From the NCBI GenBank assembly GCA_040954595.2, contig CM082576.2:17717028-17781027 (forward strand): a stretch of DNA of 64,000 nt, in the 5' to 3' direction. The position numbers were made by a program, and so were the translations under genes. A model generated the notes under the pieces. It saw only the letters and a list, made by a program, of their open reading frames with translations. It did no database searches and was not told the DNA's origin. Shown one piece after another: positions 35,502-47,399 of the stretch; position 1 is the first letter of the stretch; each line of letters starts with the position of its first letter. This DNA comes from Balanoglossus misakiensis (taxonomy: Eukaryota > Animalia > Hemichordata).

Positions 35502-35542
35502 GAGCCTGAGGAAGGTGTGCCAGTCGCATCGAAATGTAGCTC
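35502..35542 (+). ncRNA. Minimal type I hammerhead ribozyme relic (Penelope pseudo-LTR-like)
   Basis: gagc-CTGAGGA-a-ggtgtg ccagt cgcatc-GAAA-tg-TA-gctc: stem I, conserved core and stem II present; stem III acgt decayed to atgt. Confidence 0.6.
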
Positions 35543-36461
35543 TCACCCAACTGTATTCATGGTATTGGAAGTAAGGAAGAAACGTCTTGGAACTTGGAAC
35601 TCTTCCCTGTGGTTCTACGGATTATATACACATACAAGAAGTTTTGTATACGTGTGGCAATTCCTTGCGAATACAAGACAAACTGTATTTATAAGCTGCA
35701 TTGAGACGGACTGTATTTTTTGCATCCTGAGAAACGTACTATTCCCTTAAATGAGAAAGTTGGAAAAAGCACCCCTCTTAAAAAAAACTCGTGCAGAGAA
35801 ATTGGTACTACATTAGCTCAGATGTGTGTAAAACGTTAACTAAATGGGTCGTGAACTGAAATAAATGCATCAACGTCACGAATTTCTGTTAAGACGTCAT
35901 CAAGTTTTGTGTAAAGTTTGATGTTCACGTAAAAGACTCCGCGTTTTTTACGTGGAGATAGGTGTTTTCACGTTAGTTGAAAACGTGAAAAGTTATTCTC
36001 ATTTTGGGCAACAAAAAATCATTTTATCTAAGAAATGTGTGTATGCCTAGTTAGCTTGACATCTCATAGTGGCAATCGAAAACGCATCTATTTCTTCTTA
36101 GTCATTTTACGTGAAATTTGGTCATCAATTTGTATGGTCCCCGACGGTTGAAACCATATATAACACAGCCGAGGGTGAATTAAATGAGAGTCTTTAATAC
36201 TCAGACACAGCCAACACAAATATACATTGACTAGTTTAAATGGCCGCGGCCATAACTGAACACACCAAACAGAACAGTTTCTAGGTCAGGGGTCACCTCA
36301 GGGGTTGCCCCTCCTTCAAAATCAGAGTCTCATGTCAAGCGCCCTCACACAGGCACTATGATACAATACGTCCGTTACATCACTCCCCCCTAATATAATA
36401 GTGTCCTCCTGGACACGTCGGGAGCATCCCCAACAGTTCATACAGTACATTTAAACAAACT

Positions 36462-36505
<44 letters not shown>

Positions 36506-37040
36506 TATGTATATATGTAATCATAAGTGTCAGCAAATCAGTTCGACCATAGAGTTCACAGTTCAACAATAAGTCCACTTGACGCGAAAGCAAAATGTAA
36601 ATATATATCATAAGTGTCAATAAATCAGTTCGTACACAGAGTTCACAGTTCAATGATAAATCCACTAAACACTAAACACGAAAGCAAAATCAACACTGCC
36701 GTATATCCTGTAATGTCACCGTCATCATATTCTGCAAGCACAACACATTCCTCTTCTCTCCTATAATGTTCCTCCTATGTTCGGCATATTCCTCTTCTAT
36801 TCTGCAAACACAACACATTCCTCTTCTCCTTTCACTCGGTGTATCTGGCAGGGACCCTCGTTATCCTCACTGATCTGGTCACTTGGGGGCGCAGTAATTG
36901 TTGTTCACCTTGGCCTTCGTCCTCAGCTACACTGTTGTCTTCCGGCACGTTGTCAGTATCACTATTATCTTCCTCTGGCTCAATCTCTTCCAACTCATGT
37001 CCCGCTATTTCCTGGTCCTCCTCTGGTTCCGGTTGCCGAC

Positions 37041-40000
37041 CTAGGATGAGAACTCCCCCTTATCTGGCCGTTTGGGGGCTCTATTTTCGGCTTTCTCCGC
37101 AGACAAGTTATTTGGGCTATTTTGCAATTCACCCATTTGCTCCTCCCGGCGGTCAATCAGCGTTGAGTCACTGTGATGTCCGATTCGACACGGCTTTAAC
37201 CGATTATGATGAACAACTAGCCTACGGCGCCTTTCACTATCTTCCTGGATACGATATATCACACCTGGTTTTCCATCTGGGTCTGGGATGCGCTTCTTCA
37301 CGATAAATGGGCCCGCCCATGGTAGTCCTAATTTCTGGGCCCTGCCACGCCTTGCTGTAGGATCATGTAACCAGACTTTATCGCCGACCTCATAAGGGTG
37401 ATGATTCGCCCACCTATCATATCCTGTCTTTTGTCTCCGCTGGGACTGACCGAGTGTTTCAGCAGCGTATTTGAAAGCATCCCTCAGTTTTCCGACCATA
37501 CGTCTGGCATAGGTAGTGGTTGTTTGGGATGGTTCTGGTGTACCGTACACTATATCTATGGGTAGCCGAGCTTCCCTCCCATGAGTGAGGAAATATGGGG
37601 TTTGGCCAGTACTTTCATGGACGCTGGTGTTATATGCCAGTGCAATTTTCGACACATGATCATCCCATTCGTCGCCGTACTGAGCTACACACTTTGCCAG
37701 CATTTCATCTGCCGTCCTGTTGAAACGCTCAACCATGCCGTCAGACTGTGGGTGGTAGGCTGTAGTACGTGATTTGTTAACTTCGAGCAGCTGGCAGAGT
37801 TCCTTGATTACTTGCGCCTCAAAATTACGTCCCTGATCGGAATGAAATTTCTCAAATACCCCATGTTCCATTATATATTCCTCAAATATCTTCTTTGCCA
37901 CTGTTACGGCCATCTGATTTGGAAGTGCATAAATATTAACATATTTCGTGAAATAATCCATCACTACCAATGCATATTTATTCCCTCTCCTGGACTGTGG
38001 CAACTCTGTGAGGTCAGCTGCTACCATCTCAAAAGGTCGTTTCACAGATATGCTCTGCATAGGAGCCCTCGCTTTCGGTGCCGGAGATTTCCTTCGTTGA
38101 CAAATCTGGCAACATTGGACCCACTGTTGAACATCCCGATGCATTCCTGGCCAATAGAATCTCTGTCTACATCGGGCCAATGTTCTCTTCGCTCCCATGT
38201 GCCCAGACACCACACCACCGTGCAGTTCTTTCAGTATGTTGGGCACCATATTACTTGGCAAGAGTATTAAATTTACTGACTCGCCACGAGGTAGTGTCCA
38301 CTTCCGGTATATTATACCGTGTTGTAGTTTCAGTTTATCAAATTTATGCCACAGCGATTTCAATCGCCAGTCTTTTCTGCGCAAGGTTTGTTTGTCTGGT
38401 TTCCGTTCACTCCTTAGCCATGAGAGCACTTCCCGTAACACCTCATCATCCTGTTGTTCCTTCCTCAGGGCACATAAATTGACATCATTCACCACTGTAG
38501 CACCGTGTGACCTTGCAGCCTCTGAACTTTGAACCTGATTGACCTTGGGGGCATGTTGTTGAATTGGTTTTGTTGATACCTGTCCTGGAATACACCAGCC
38601 TATTTCCTGTTCATCGTCGTCATCCTGGACTGCCATGTCGCTTTCCGCCTCGATCTGCACTCCCAACCTGGACATGGCATCAGCATTAGAATGTAATTTT
38701 CCAGCTCTATGTGTGACTGCAAAATCGTACATACTTAATTCAATCGCCCATCTCTCTCTACGTCCTGTAGGATCATGGCCCGCCTTGATATCCCTCAGCC
38801 CGATTAGTGGTTTGTGGTCCGTCACTACTTCAAATTTAGCACCACACAAATACGGTCGAAAATGCCGAATACCCCATACAACAGCAAATAACTCCTTGTC
38901 ATATGTGGCCCATTTCTTCTCCGTCTTATTCAGGCGGTGACTTCCATATGCAACAACTTGTTCCCCTTTTTCCCCTTTTTGGGACAGGATCACCCCAACT
39001 GCTGAATGAGATGCGTCGGTGTGTAGACAAAATGGTTTGGTAAAGTCAGGGTAACCGAATATCGGCGGATTGGCTAGCGCAGACTTCAGAACCTGGAATG
39101 CATTACTACATTCATCTGACCATTGAAATGTAATGTCTTTTTCACATAGCCGATGTAATGGTGTCGCAATCAATGCAAAATCCTTCACAAATTTTCTATA
39201 GTACGACGCTAACCCCATAAATCGTCGTACATCAGCTGCACATAATGGGGTAGGGTAAGACCATATACGCTCAGTAATTGCTGGATCTGGGGACACACCG
39301 TCCTTGGATACTTTATGTCCGAGAAAGACAACTGTATCCTTGAAGAATGTACATTTCGATGGCTGCAACTTGAGGCCTGCGTCTTCAATACGTTTAAATA
39401 CTTGTTCTAGGCTTTGCATGTGCTCGTTGAACGTTCGGCTGAAAATAATTACATCATCCAAATACACTAAACATGTCTGCCAGTCCAGCCCTGCTAATAC
39501 CAATTCCATTAGCCGCTGGAAGGTAGGGGGTGCGTTGGTGAGACCAAACGGCATGACTTTAAAGTTGTACAACCCAACTCCCGTCGTGAAGGCAGTTTTA
39601 TCTCTGTCATCTGGGTGAACCTCAACTTGCCAATATCCCGATGCCAAGTCAATTGTTGAGAATAGTGCTGACCCTGACAACGCATCAATAGTGTCATCAA
39701 CTCTAGGGAGCGGGTGCGCATCTCGAACTGTCACTGAGTTCAATTTTCGATAGTCTACACAAAATCGAATTGCGCCATTCTTCTTCCTCGCCAATACGAC
39801 CGGTGATGCCCAGGCCGAGCAGCTCTCTTCTATGACTTCATTCTTTAACATATCTCTCACCTGGTTCTGTATTTCGGCTTGTAGATGTACTGGTACACGT
39901 CTGGGCCGCTGCTTTATTGGCGTAGCCTCTCCTGTATTCACGCGGTGTTGCACCAGATGTGTACGTCCCCGGTCACCTGGATATTGACTAAAAATATGAT

Positions 40001-40976
40001 GATATTTATTCAGCAATTTCCTTACTTCTGTCTTTTGGGGCCCTGAAATTGCTGCCCCCTCAAGTTGAATTTCAGGCATAGGGTCAGTCTGATTTCTGAC
40101 TTTATTCGTTGTGTCTATATTGGATACCACAGTACTAGTAGTTTCTCTTTTTAGCTCACAAAGTTCATAGGTATGTATACGGGAGACCATACAAGTCTCC
40201 TCTCCAGATGTAGCGGCAATAAAAGTTCCTACAGGTGTATCTTGATAGAGATTTACGGGTTGTTCTGTTACATTCAAGATCTGCACCAATGCCATGCCGT
40301 TGCTGACAGTGGAGGAGGTTCGAGCTACAGCTAGGCCCCTGCCATCTTTAAAAATATCCTCCGGATCCAAAACTCCGGTATACCCATGAGGCAATGGCTC
40401 CCCAGCCGTTGTTGGCTGTAATCGTATTGGCACTGGCATTTTGGTTCGGGGTGGTATTATGACAGTTTTATTCACTACCGCTCCACATATGTCCGGTATT
40501 AATTGGTCTTTCCGCAGAAATGGAGTTGGTTCGCCGTATATCCAAAACATGCCATTGTTACTATCCACATTACCTGCATGCTGCACAAAGAAGTCCCAAC
40601 CAAGTATCACAGGGCTGGTCATCCCACGTACCACAAACACAGTATGGTATAGCTCATTACTGCCCACCCGTACTCTGGTTTGTAGTGTTCCCATGATGTC
40701 TAACTTTTGTCCCAGAACCGACGTCGCAACCGTATTTACGGTAGTGTTCAAATATTTCTTTCTCAGGTATGGACTCTTCATCCTAAATTCTTCACTTATC
40801 AGTGTTATACCTGACCCTGTATCAACCAGGGCTCTTACATCAGTGTCACCAACTACTATCATCACCATATTTGTAAAGTCTGGTTTGGTAGATTTAGGAG
40901 CTGTCATTAATTCAGATTCCAATTGGGCCTCACCTTGCGCTGCCAATGCCTGACCCCTTACATCAGCAGCTACCAT
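37041..40976 (-). CDS. pol: Pol (PR-RT-RH-INT), probably expressed by -1 frameshift from gag
   Basis: LVDTGS, YLDD, TDAS, HHCC, SDQGRNF, GMVERFN, GPF; CAGGGAAAAT at the gag/pol overlap. A frameshift may affect the extreme C-terminal tail. Confidence 0.93.
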   Translation of the reverse strand: MVAADVRGQALAAQGEAQLESELMTAPKSTKPDFTNMVMIVVGDTDVRALVDTGSGITLISEEFRMKSPYLRKKYLNTTVNTVATSVLGQKLDIMGTLQTRVRVGSNELYHTVFVVRGMTSPVILGWDFFVQHAGNVDSNNGMFWIYGEPTPFLRKDQLIPDICGAVVNKTVIIPPRTKMPVPIRLQPTTAGEPLPHGYTGVLDPEDIFKDGRGLAVARTSSTVSNGMALVQILNVTEQPVNLYQDTPVGTFIAATSGEETCMVSRIHTYELCELKRETTSTVVSNIDTTNKVRNQTDPMPEIQLEGAAISGPQKTEVRKLLNKYHHIFSQYPGDRGRTHLVQHRVNTGEATPIKQRPRRVPVHLQAEIQNQVRDMLKNEVIEESCSAWASPVVLARKKNGAIRFCVDYRKLNSVTVRDAHPLPRVDDTIDALSGSALFSTIDLASGYWQVEVHPDDRDKTAFTTGVGLYNFKVMPFGLTNAPPTFQRLMELVLAGLDWQTCLVYLDDVIIFSRTFNEHMQSLEQVFKRIEDAGLKLQPSKCTFFKDTVVFLGHKVSKDGVSPDPAITERIWSYPTPLCAADVRRFMGLASYYRKFVKDFALIATPLHRLCEKDITFQWSDECSNAFQVLKSALANPPIFGYPDFTKPFCLHTDASHSAVGVILSQKGEKGEQVVAYGSHRLNKTEKKWATYDKELFAVVWGIRHFRPYLCGAKFEVVTDHKPLIGLRDIKAGHDPTGRRERWAIELSMYDFAVTHRAGKLHSNADAMSRLGVQIEAESDMAVQDDDDEQEIGWCIPGQVSTKPIQQHAPKVNQVQSSEAARSHGATVVNDVNLCALRKEQQDDEVLREVLSWLRSERKPDKQTLRRKDWRLKSLWHKFDKLKLQHGIIYRKWTLPRGESVNLILLPSNMVPNILKELHGGVVSGHMGAKRTLARCRQRFYWPGMHRDVQQWVQCCQICQRRKSPAPKARAPMQSISVKRPFEMVAADLTELPQSRRGNKYALVVMDYFTKYVNIYALPNQMAVTVAKKIFEEYIMEHGVFEKFHSDQGRNFEAQVIKELCQLLEVNKSRTTAYHPQSDGMVERFNRTADEMLAKCVAQYGDEWDDHVSKIALAYNTSVHESTGQTPYFLTHGREARLPIDIVYGTPEPSQTTTTYARRMVGKLRDAFKYAAETLGQSQRRQKTGYDRWANHHPYEVGDKVWLHDPTARRGRAQKLGLPWAGPFIVKKRIPDPDGKPGVIYRIQEDSERRRRLVVHHNRLKPCRIGHHSDSTLIDRREEQMGELQNSPNNLSAEKAENRAPKRPDKGEFSS

Positions 40977-41923
40977 TTTCCCTGTTGTTGTGGTTGATAT
41001 TGGCTGGGTTGAGGTGGCCCGTATTGAGCATAACCAGTTTGAACATCATGTTCCCCTTGCAGAGGGCAATGGATTCTTCGGTGACCGTATTCCCCACAAA
41101 TGTAGCAGTTCCCTCTGAATACATTTCTCGCTGGTGTTTGCCGAGCACCATTACCACGATTACCCCGATAACTTCTGGCCCCTCTACTAACATTTCGGGT
41201 ATACCCACTTGCTTGGTTATAGGCATTACTCGTATTAGTTGTTTCCTTTCCAACTGTCAATTGTTCTATTTTCTGAAGGAGGGTGCTTTCCAATTCTCGG
41301 AATCTTTTATCTATCAATTCGTTGATGTGCACATTGTCAACTGCATTAACACTCGGTGTACACCCAGTTCCATGTGGTACTTTACTAGCTGACATCTTTG
41401 TGGCCGCATGATGTGCGGCTTCAGTTTTTCGCACCAACAGCACTACTTCATCAAGCGTTTTCTTGTCCGAATTCAAAATCCTCTCCTGGAGTGCAGTATT
41501 TCCAAGTCCGCAGATAAATTGGTCCATTACAACGTCCGCTTTAACACCTGGGTCCAACGTTGGATAGGCAATATCAGCTAGTCGAACTAGCTCAGTCTGA
41601 TATTCCTCGGCAGATTCCCCGTTTTGACGAGTTCGTTCCCTAAACAACAGGCGATGCAAACTCACATGTTCTTTACTGCTAAATTTTCCTTCAAGGGCAG
41701 CCTTCAACCTGTCATAATTGTCTTTGTCCGTATCGGCCAATTGTTCGTACACTTGAAAGGCATGGCCGTCCAATAAGGCAGGCAACAGTCCAAGTTTGGC
41801 TTCTTTGGTAGTTAAGTCTTTTGTTGCCCTTGCTGCAACTTCAAATTTTCTCACCCAGTCACTAAAGTTCTCACCTTCCAACCCCCGGAACTTATCAGGT
41901 AGCCGAACGTACGCAGAAGCCAT
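40970..41923 (-). CDS. gag: Gag
   Basis: MASAYVRLPDKF...Q..GES.EEY...L...AYP...DQFICGL and CYICGEYGHRRIHC. Confidence 0.92.
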   Translation of the reverse strand: MASAYVRLPDKFRGLEGENFSDWVRKFEVAARATKDLTTKEAKLGLLPALLDGHAFQVYEQLADTDKDNYDRLKAALEGKFSSKEHVSLHRLLFRERTRQNGESAEEYQTELVRLADIAYPTLDPGVKADVVMDQFICGLGNTALQERILNSDKKTLDEVVLLVRKTEAAHHAATKMSASKVPHGTGCTPSVNAVDNVHINELIDKRFRELESTLLQKIEQLTVGKETTNTSNAYNQASGYTRNVSRGARSYRGNRGNGARQTPARNVFRGNCYICGEYGHRRIHCPLQGEHDVQTGYAQYGPPQPSQYQPQQQGKW

Positions 41924-42440
41924 GCCTGTTGTCCGGTTGTGCTGAATGACGAGAAACACACTCCAATCCTTTCCAGGTCGCCCACTTACTGTCTTTATGA
42001 TGACCGTCGAATCCCACCGCTGCCACCAAATATAACACAGCCGAGGGTGAATTAAATGAGAGTCTTTAATACTCAGACACAGCCAACACAAATATACATT
42101 GACTAGTTTAAATGGCCGCGGCCATAACTGAACACACCAAACAGAACAGTTTCTAGGTCAGGGGTCACCTCAGGGGTTGCCCCTCCTTCAAAATCAGAGT
42201 CTCATGTCAAGCGCCCTCACACAGGCACTATGATACAATACGTCCGTTACACATAGTTGCAGTGCAGCGACACGGTGTAACGATGTACACGCTCAAAATT
42301 CGAATACAGAGTGCGCGTGCCACACACACAGACGTTGACGTGAAGCCAAACTCTTTTCCACCTGAACGTCTAACGCGAACGTGGGTTCTCCGCGTCCACG
42401 TTCACGTAAAACGTGTAGCCGAACCTCTCTATTGTTTTTA

Positions 42441-42860
42441 TATATAATCCCATTATATTTTTCTTTCTTTGACGTCATCGTATACGAGTGGTTTTCGCGG
42501 AGCCGTGCAACTTCGAACCGTAGGCGAGAAGTTGTACGACTCCGCGAAAACCACGAGTATACGATGACGTTAAACAAAGAACAATATCATGGGATTATAT
42601 ATTTATCACATGAACAGTCTTCTTATTTTCGTAAGAAGAGGTAGGGTAAAAATATTCCAATATCTTGCTAATATATTCGAGCGGCCTTGCAGTTTATTTA
42701 GCGGGATTACGTTCTTTCCCCTGCGCAACGATCTGTGGCCCCCACGAGATATGCTAATTATGGAATTCCTTTCATTCATAAAGTGAAATCGACTTTCAAG
42801 TTTATACACTTTTGCGTCTTGTCTACCAATCAGATTCGCGGAGTCAGTCACATGGGCCAG
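42441..42860 (-). mobile_element. Non-autonomous palindromic element (Crypton-like)
   Basis: ~160-bp imperfect palindrome at 42441-42601 plus a ccaatcaga motif ~230 bp away; mirror-image layout of 44230-44795. Confidence 0.45.
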
Positions 42861-44229
42861 AATTTTGATACATTCTGCCTGTCAATCATCGTCTCGCGCT
42901 GTGTACATGTCAACACAACGTCCTAGCAAGTCATCGCGTCGAGTTCGCCCGCAAAGTTATGCTGCGAGTCGCAGTTTGACAGAAAAAATGACGCGCTTCA
43001 TGTAAAACTTTATGAAAAAATAACACAGTTCCATCGCCATATATCCTAAAACCGTTATTGTGACAGGATATTAAAAATATTAGTCCAGGAACGATGTTCA
43101 AGGTTGCGTTTTCGTCGGCCTGGCTAGTCAGCGCAGTTGTGTTTCCGCAGAAACTACAACCCTCGTACAGAATCTCATCCTCGAACCCCAAACAAATGTT
43201 TCGATTCTCAAACAAATTAACTGCGACGTTTTTCCACGTCTTATACATTTCGTTGACCGGTGGACAGAATACAGAGTGTTAGTCGTCCCGCTCAGGTGGC
43301 TCGAAACCATTCTCGTAACTTCCGTAAGCCTAAAATCAAGTGTGCTGGCTCGCTCGGGATCGACCAGGCTCGCTAGCTGCAAGCACACATTCACGATCGT
43401 AGCGTCGACTTTTCAAATTCTACCTTTCTCGTATTGATTTTACCCAGCGATATTCTTATGCAACCGTCGTTTTTATTTCAATCGTGCACAACTACGGGTA
43501 CATCCACTTGTTATTCCGTTTTACAAGAAAGTTACAGCGACGGGCGAATCAGCGAAAATAGTTCCGGTTGATGACGTAGAACAGGGGAAAATTCGGATTT
43601 TTTGTTCGACCTGTTCTACGTCACACAGGTCGCTATACGGGCCAGTTCATGTGATAAGAAAAATAACGTCGGTGCGTCATCGCGCCCAGCGGATTTTTTT
43701 TCAGATCTGGCTTTTTCAACGTGTTTGTTTGGCGTTCATGATCAGTATATATCCATGTTCTTGTTCCGCTATTTCCATTCCGAAAACCCCAAAGTTTTAA
43801 ACGTGTACACTTTGACTATAGAAAAGGCCTCAGACACCTTCATATGCTGTCCGGCAGCCGGGGTGGGATATCCGACTGCGGTGCAGCTCAAAGTGGTGTG
43901 GAGGTGGTCATGTTGGGAGCGGTGCAGCCGGCCGGTGGATCGCCGTCATATCCGCCGGCGTGCGGCAATCGTCAAGAACCCATTGGGAGGAACCCAGTCC
44001 GTTCAAGTGCAAACGTCCTGGTCAGAAGGTAACTACAAGCATCATAGAGCAGCATTCGACACAAGTATAACTTTTATAGCAAGTTCATTTTTGTTTGTAT
44101 TTAATCCTTTAGGCAAATACATCTGATGGGACACCCTTCTCTTTAATCAAACCATCAGTTTTAATCAAACTCCTCTTAGGGAATCCTAAAATTGCAGCAT
44201 GCATGGATAGGTAAGGTATAATATTGATT

Positions 44230-44795
44230 ATATTATATCATGCTACCGTCCGCGATTCTGATTGGACGAGAGCTGAATCCAGCCATGGTAAAATACTGTT
44301 TTACCATGGCTAGCAGTGGTAAAACGGGCCCCTGAACTAGCATACGGCAGCAAAATGTGCGGTTAAACCACAGTCGCGCGTGTTTAAACCAAATAAATAA
44401 AACAAAAATAATGTTGAATTAACGGACGTTTTATTTTGGAACTGCTCTGTGGATATATTTGTCGCTTTGCCACGTGCGATGCCCGTCTTGTCACTTTTTG
44501 TCGTCTGCTTCATGTTTAATGCTCGATCCCGGCCGCTCGTGTTTACATTCGTCGTCGCCATGTTGGTTCACGTAATTTCTCTTTCTGACACCGTTTCGGT
44601 AAGAAAATGACACTGATATGCCACAAAAACAGTTGTTGATATAATATAATAGCAATAACCCCCGCCTCAGTCGGGTATACACGAGATTTGGGTACAATTC
44701 GCTCCATATAGCACTCGCCTGACGGCTCGTGCTATATGTCTCGAATTGTACCAAAATCTCGTGTATACCCGCCTGCGGCAGGGGTTATTGCTTAA
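44230..44795 (+). mobile_element. Non-autonomous palindromic element (CryptonV-like)
   Basis: ttattatat...gattctgattgg head and a terminal ~140-bp palindrome agcaataacccc...ggggttattgct (44651-44792). Confidence 0.5.
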
Positions 44796-44940
44796 TCGTT
44801 TCATATCATAAAACAAGAAGCACGGTATCAAAATCATTTTAAACCATCACATGTACATATTTTTATTGGTGATAAATATAACGTCTACAATGTCACATAT
44901 TCAAAAGCTTCATGTAGTCACTCATAGGAAGCACTCTTAA

Positions 44941-45187
44941 AGGGACAAAGCCTCTCTCTCTCGCTGTCCTTTTTCCATAATTATGTTTGATACAAGACAC
45001 CATTTACTAGTATGTTATTCTACAGGTGATATATTGTGAATCAATGCTCGACCACACTCAACTTCCATCCCACTCGTAGATACAAAAGTGAAGTACTCGC
45101 CAAAATGAATAATCGTTTTTTACCATTTATTCATTTTGGCGAGATTTTCCTCTCATATCCTACAAAAACGACAGAGGCTTTGTCCCT
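44941..45187. mobile_element. Kolobok-like MITE
   Basis: TTAA-flanked; TIR agggacaaagcctct; homologous to 46192-46532. Confidence 0.7.
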
Positions 45188-46191
45188 TAATAAGGTGCAT
45201 TCAGTTTCAAACAAACTCATCTAAAGTAAAAAGGATACAGCTAATGGGGATGTAAGGTCTAGGAATTCTCTTACAAATATGAAAGAAACCCCAATCAGCT
45301 GCATACCAGGCATTGAAAAGCCTATACATTTGTCCACTAAGTTAACTAGTCGATCCTGGTTTTGATGTTGTTTAGATTTCCAGTGGTGACTGACAAAAGT
45401 GGGTGGAAGATATTCCAGCACCATATTGGAAGGGGATGTTCGCTGGAGACAGTGTGTTATTAATGAATGGAGAAACTGTAATAATCAAGCCATTCTTAAG
45501 GAAGGTATGAATATGTCCCTTTCTAGGATCGGTGATATGAAAATTTCAACTGCTCTAATCTAGGAAAGATGAACATCACACATTACATCAAAAAATACAT
45601 TTTATTTTAAAACATTATTCATGAATTAAACATTACATATTTAAATAACAGTAAGTGTAATAAATAGATGATTTACTACAACATCTTACCACAGAAAATT
45701 TTAAAATCAGCCAGACAATTCGTTTAGCATCTGTGGGAAACACAAAATGATAAGCTGTATCCCAGACCTGGTCGAACCCGGGTTTAACACATAACATCGA
45801 AATCTCAAGTGACCCCCGAATGACCTCAATGTGAGGTAGACTCCTCAGTTCGATGAGAATCACATGCAAGTTAAAATTTGCCTGGAATTCCATTGACCAA
45901 TGACATTCAGGAAGAGGTTACATACAAGACCAACTTCCTTACTACCATTGGTCATTTGGAATCCAGTACATTCTTATCTGACAGGCTTGTTTCTTTCATT
46001 GTGGCATAGTAAATATCTACTTGTAACAGGTCAGTCATAATGAAGCTGGTACCTTTAGAAAGATGACAGCTGAGGTACAGAGTGTATTGCTACCTGGTGA
46101 TGAGCACCTCAACCCGTTCAGGGATCTGCTTCATGAAAGGTACTCTTCTTGGGACACTATTTTAATATCGTTCATCTTTCAATTTACTTAA

Positions 46192-46532
46192 AGGGACAAA
46201 GTCTCTCTCTCGCTGCCTTTTTTTCCAATACTTATGTTTGATACAAGACATTGTTTATGTTATTCTACATGTGGATATATAGAGAATCAACGTTCAACCA
46301 CACACACCTTCAAATCCGCTTGTAGACACAAGAGTGAAAAACTCGCCAAAATGAATAATCTGTGTTTACCGTTTATTCGTTTTGGCAAGATTTTTCCTCT
46401 TATATCCTACAGACGGGATGGAAGTTGTGTGTGGTCGAATGTTGAGTCAATATATATCTACATATATAACATAAACGGTGTCATTCATCAAATATAATGT
46501 ACAAAGGGCAACGGGAGAGAGACTTTGTCCCT
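46192..46532. mobile_element. Kolobok-like MITE, second copy
   Basis: TTAA TSD; TIR agggacaaagtctctctc. Confidence 0.75.
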
Positions 46533-46734
46533 TTAAAATCCAATGCGTATAAGTCTGGATTTTTCTTTCAAAAACTTCAAATGATATATGTGGTAACAGT
46601 AACTTTTGTTAATTTTTAAATGTAGCCGTTTTCTGTATTAATTTAAGTTTCTTATTGAACTCATTAGAACACATGACTTCGTCAAGTGTACAGTTTATTG
46701 TAATAGACTGTATGTATTTTTAAACTATAGCAAG

Positions 46735-46736
<2 letters not shown>

Positions 46737-46806
<70 letters not shown>
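46737..46806. repeat. (CA)n microsatellite
   Basis: ~35 perfect CA units. Confidence 0.99.
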
Positions 46807-46808
<2 letters not shown>

Positions 46809-46974
46809 AGCGCAATAAAAAATATTACCCATCGTGTAGTCCAACAGCACTTGTAAGGTGTAGTATCCCTAAGCCAGCGGTAATTAATCGCGAAGTTAGT
46901 TATACATGCCGCGGTGCAGCGCATTTTAATCTATTTCGTCGAAAGGTTTATAAAATCTATAAAACAAAGCTTAA

Positions 46975-47160
46975 AGGTATACAGTCACCTCCAACTTACA
47001 TACGCCCATATATGGCTGAAATTGACGTATTTGGGCATTCTAAAGAACATATGGTGGCGCTCTTTTTTTCGCGTGTGCCACCCACTGAAAATCAGTGATT
47101 GGCTAGATCTCATTTTGCCATGGTAACTATAGCTTATTTTCAATGGGTGACCGTATACCT
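46975..47160. mobile_element. Kolobok-like MITE
   Basis: TTAA TSD; TIR aggtatac.gtcacc. Confidence 0.7.
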
Positions 47161-47399
47161 TTAAATGAAGCATAATGAGAGGTAAGTTTTTTTAAAGGTT
47201 TGGCCATAACCTACCCCCAAGATTTGCTACACAACCTCGGCACAAGATTTGGAGATAAGCTTGGAGTAACATTTTCAACAAACAAGCTTGGCCAAACCTA
47301 CAGACGAATACCTTCGGCCAAGATTAGAGTACGGCCAAGCTTGGCCAAAGGTATTGCACAATCGCGTGTGAAGACGATGTTTGGAAGTGTGACCGGGGG

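Larger units (their letters stand above)
36159..42251 (-). mobile_element. Full-length Gypsy LTR retrotransposon
   Basis: 221-bp LTRs 36159-36379 and 42031-42251, apparently identical; TSD CATA; PBS TGGTGGCAGCGGTGGGATTCGA (tRNA-Leu) at ~42007-42028; PPT ggggggag. Confidence 0.97.
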
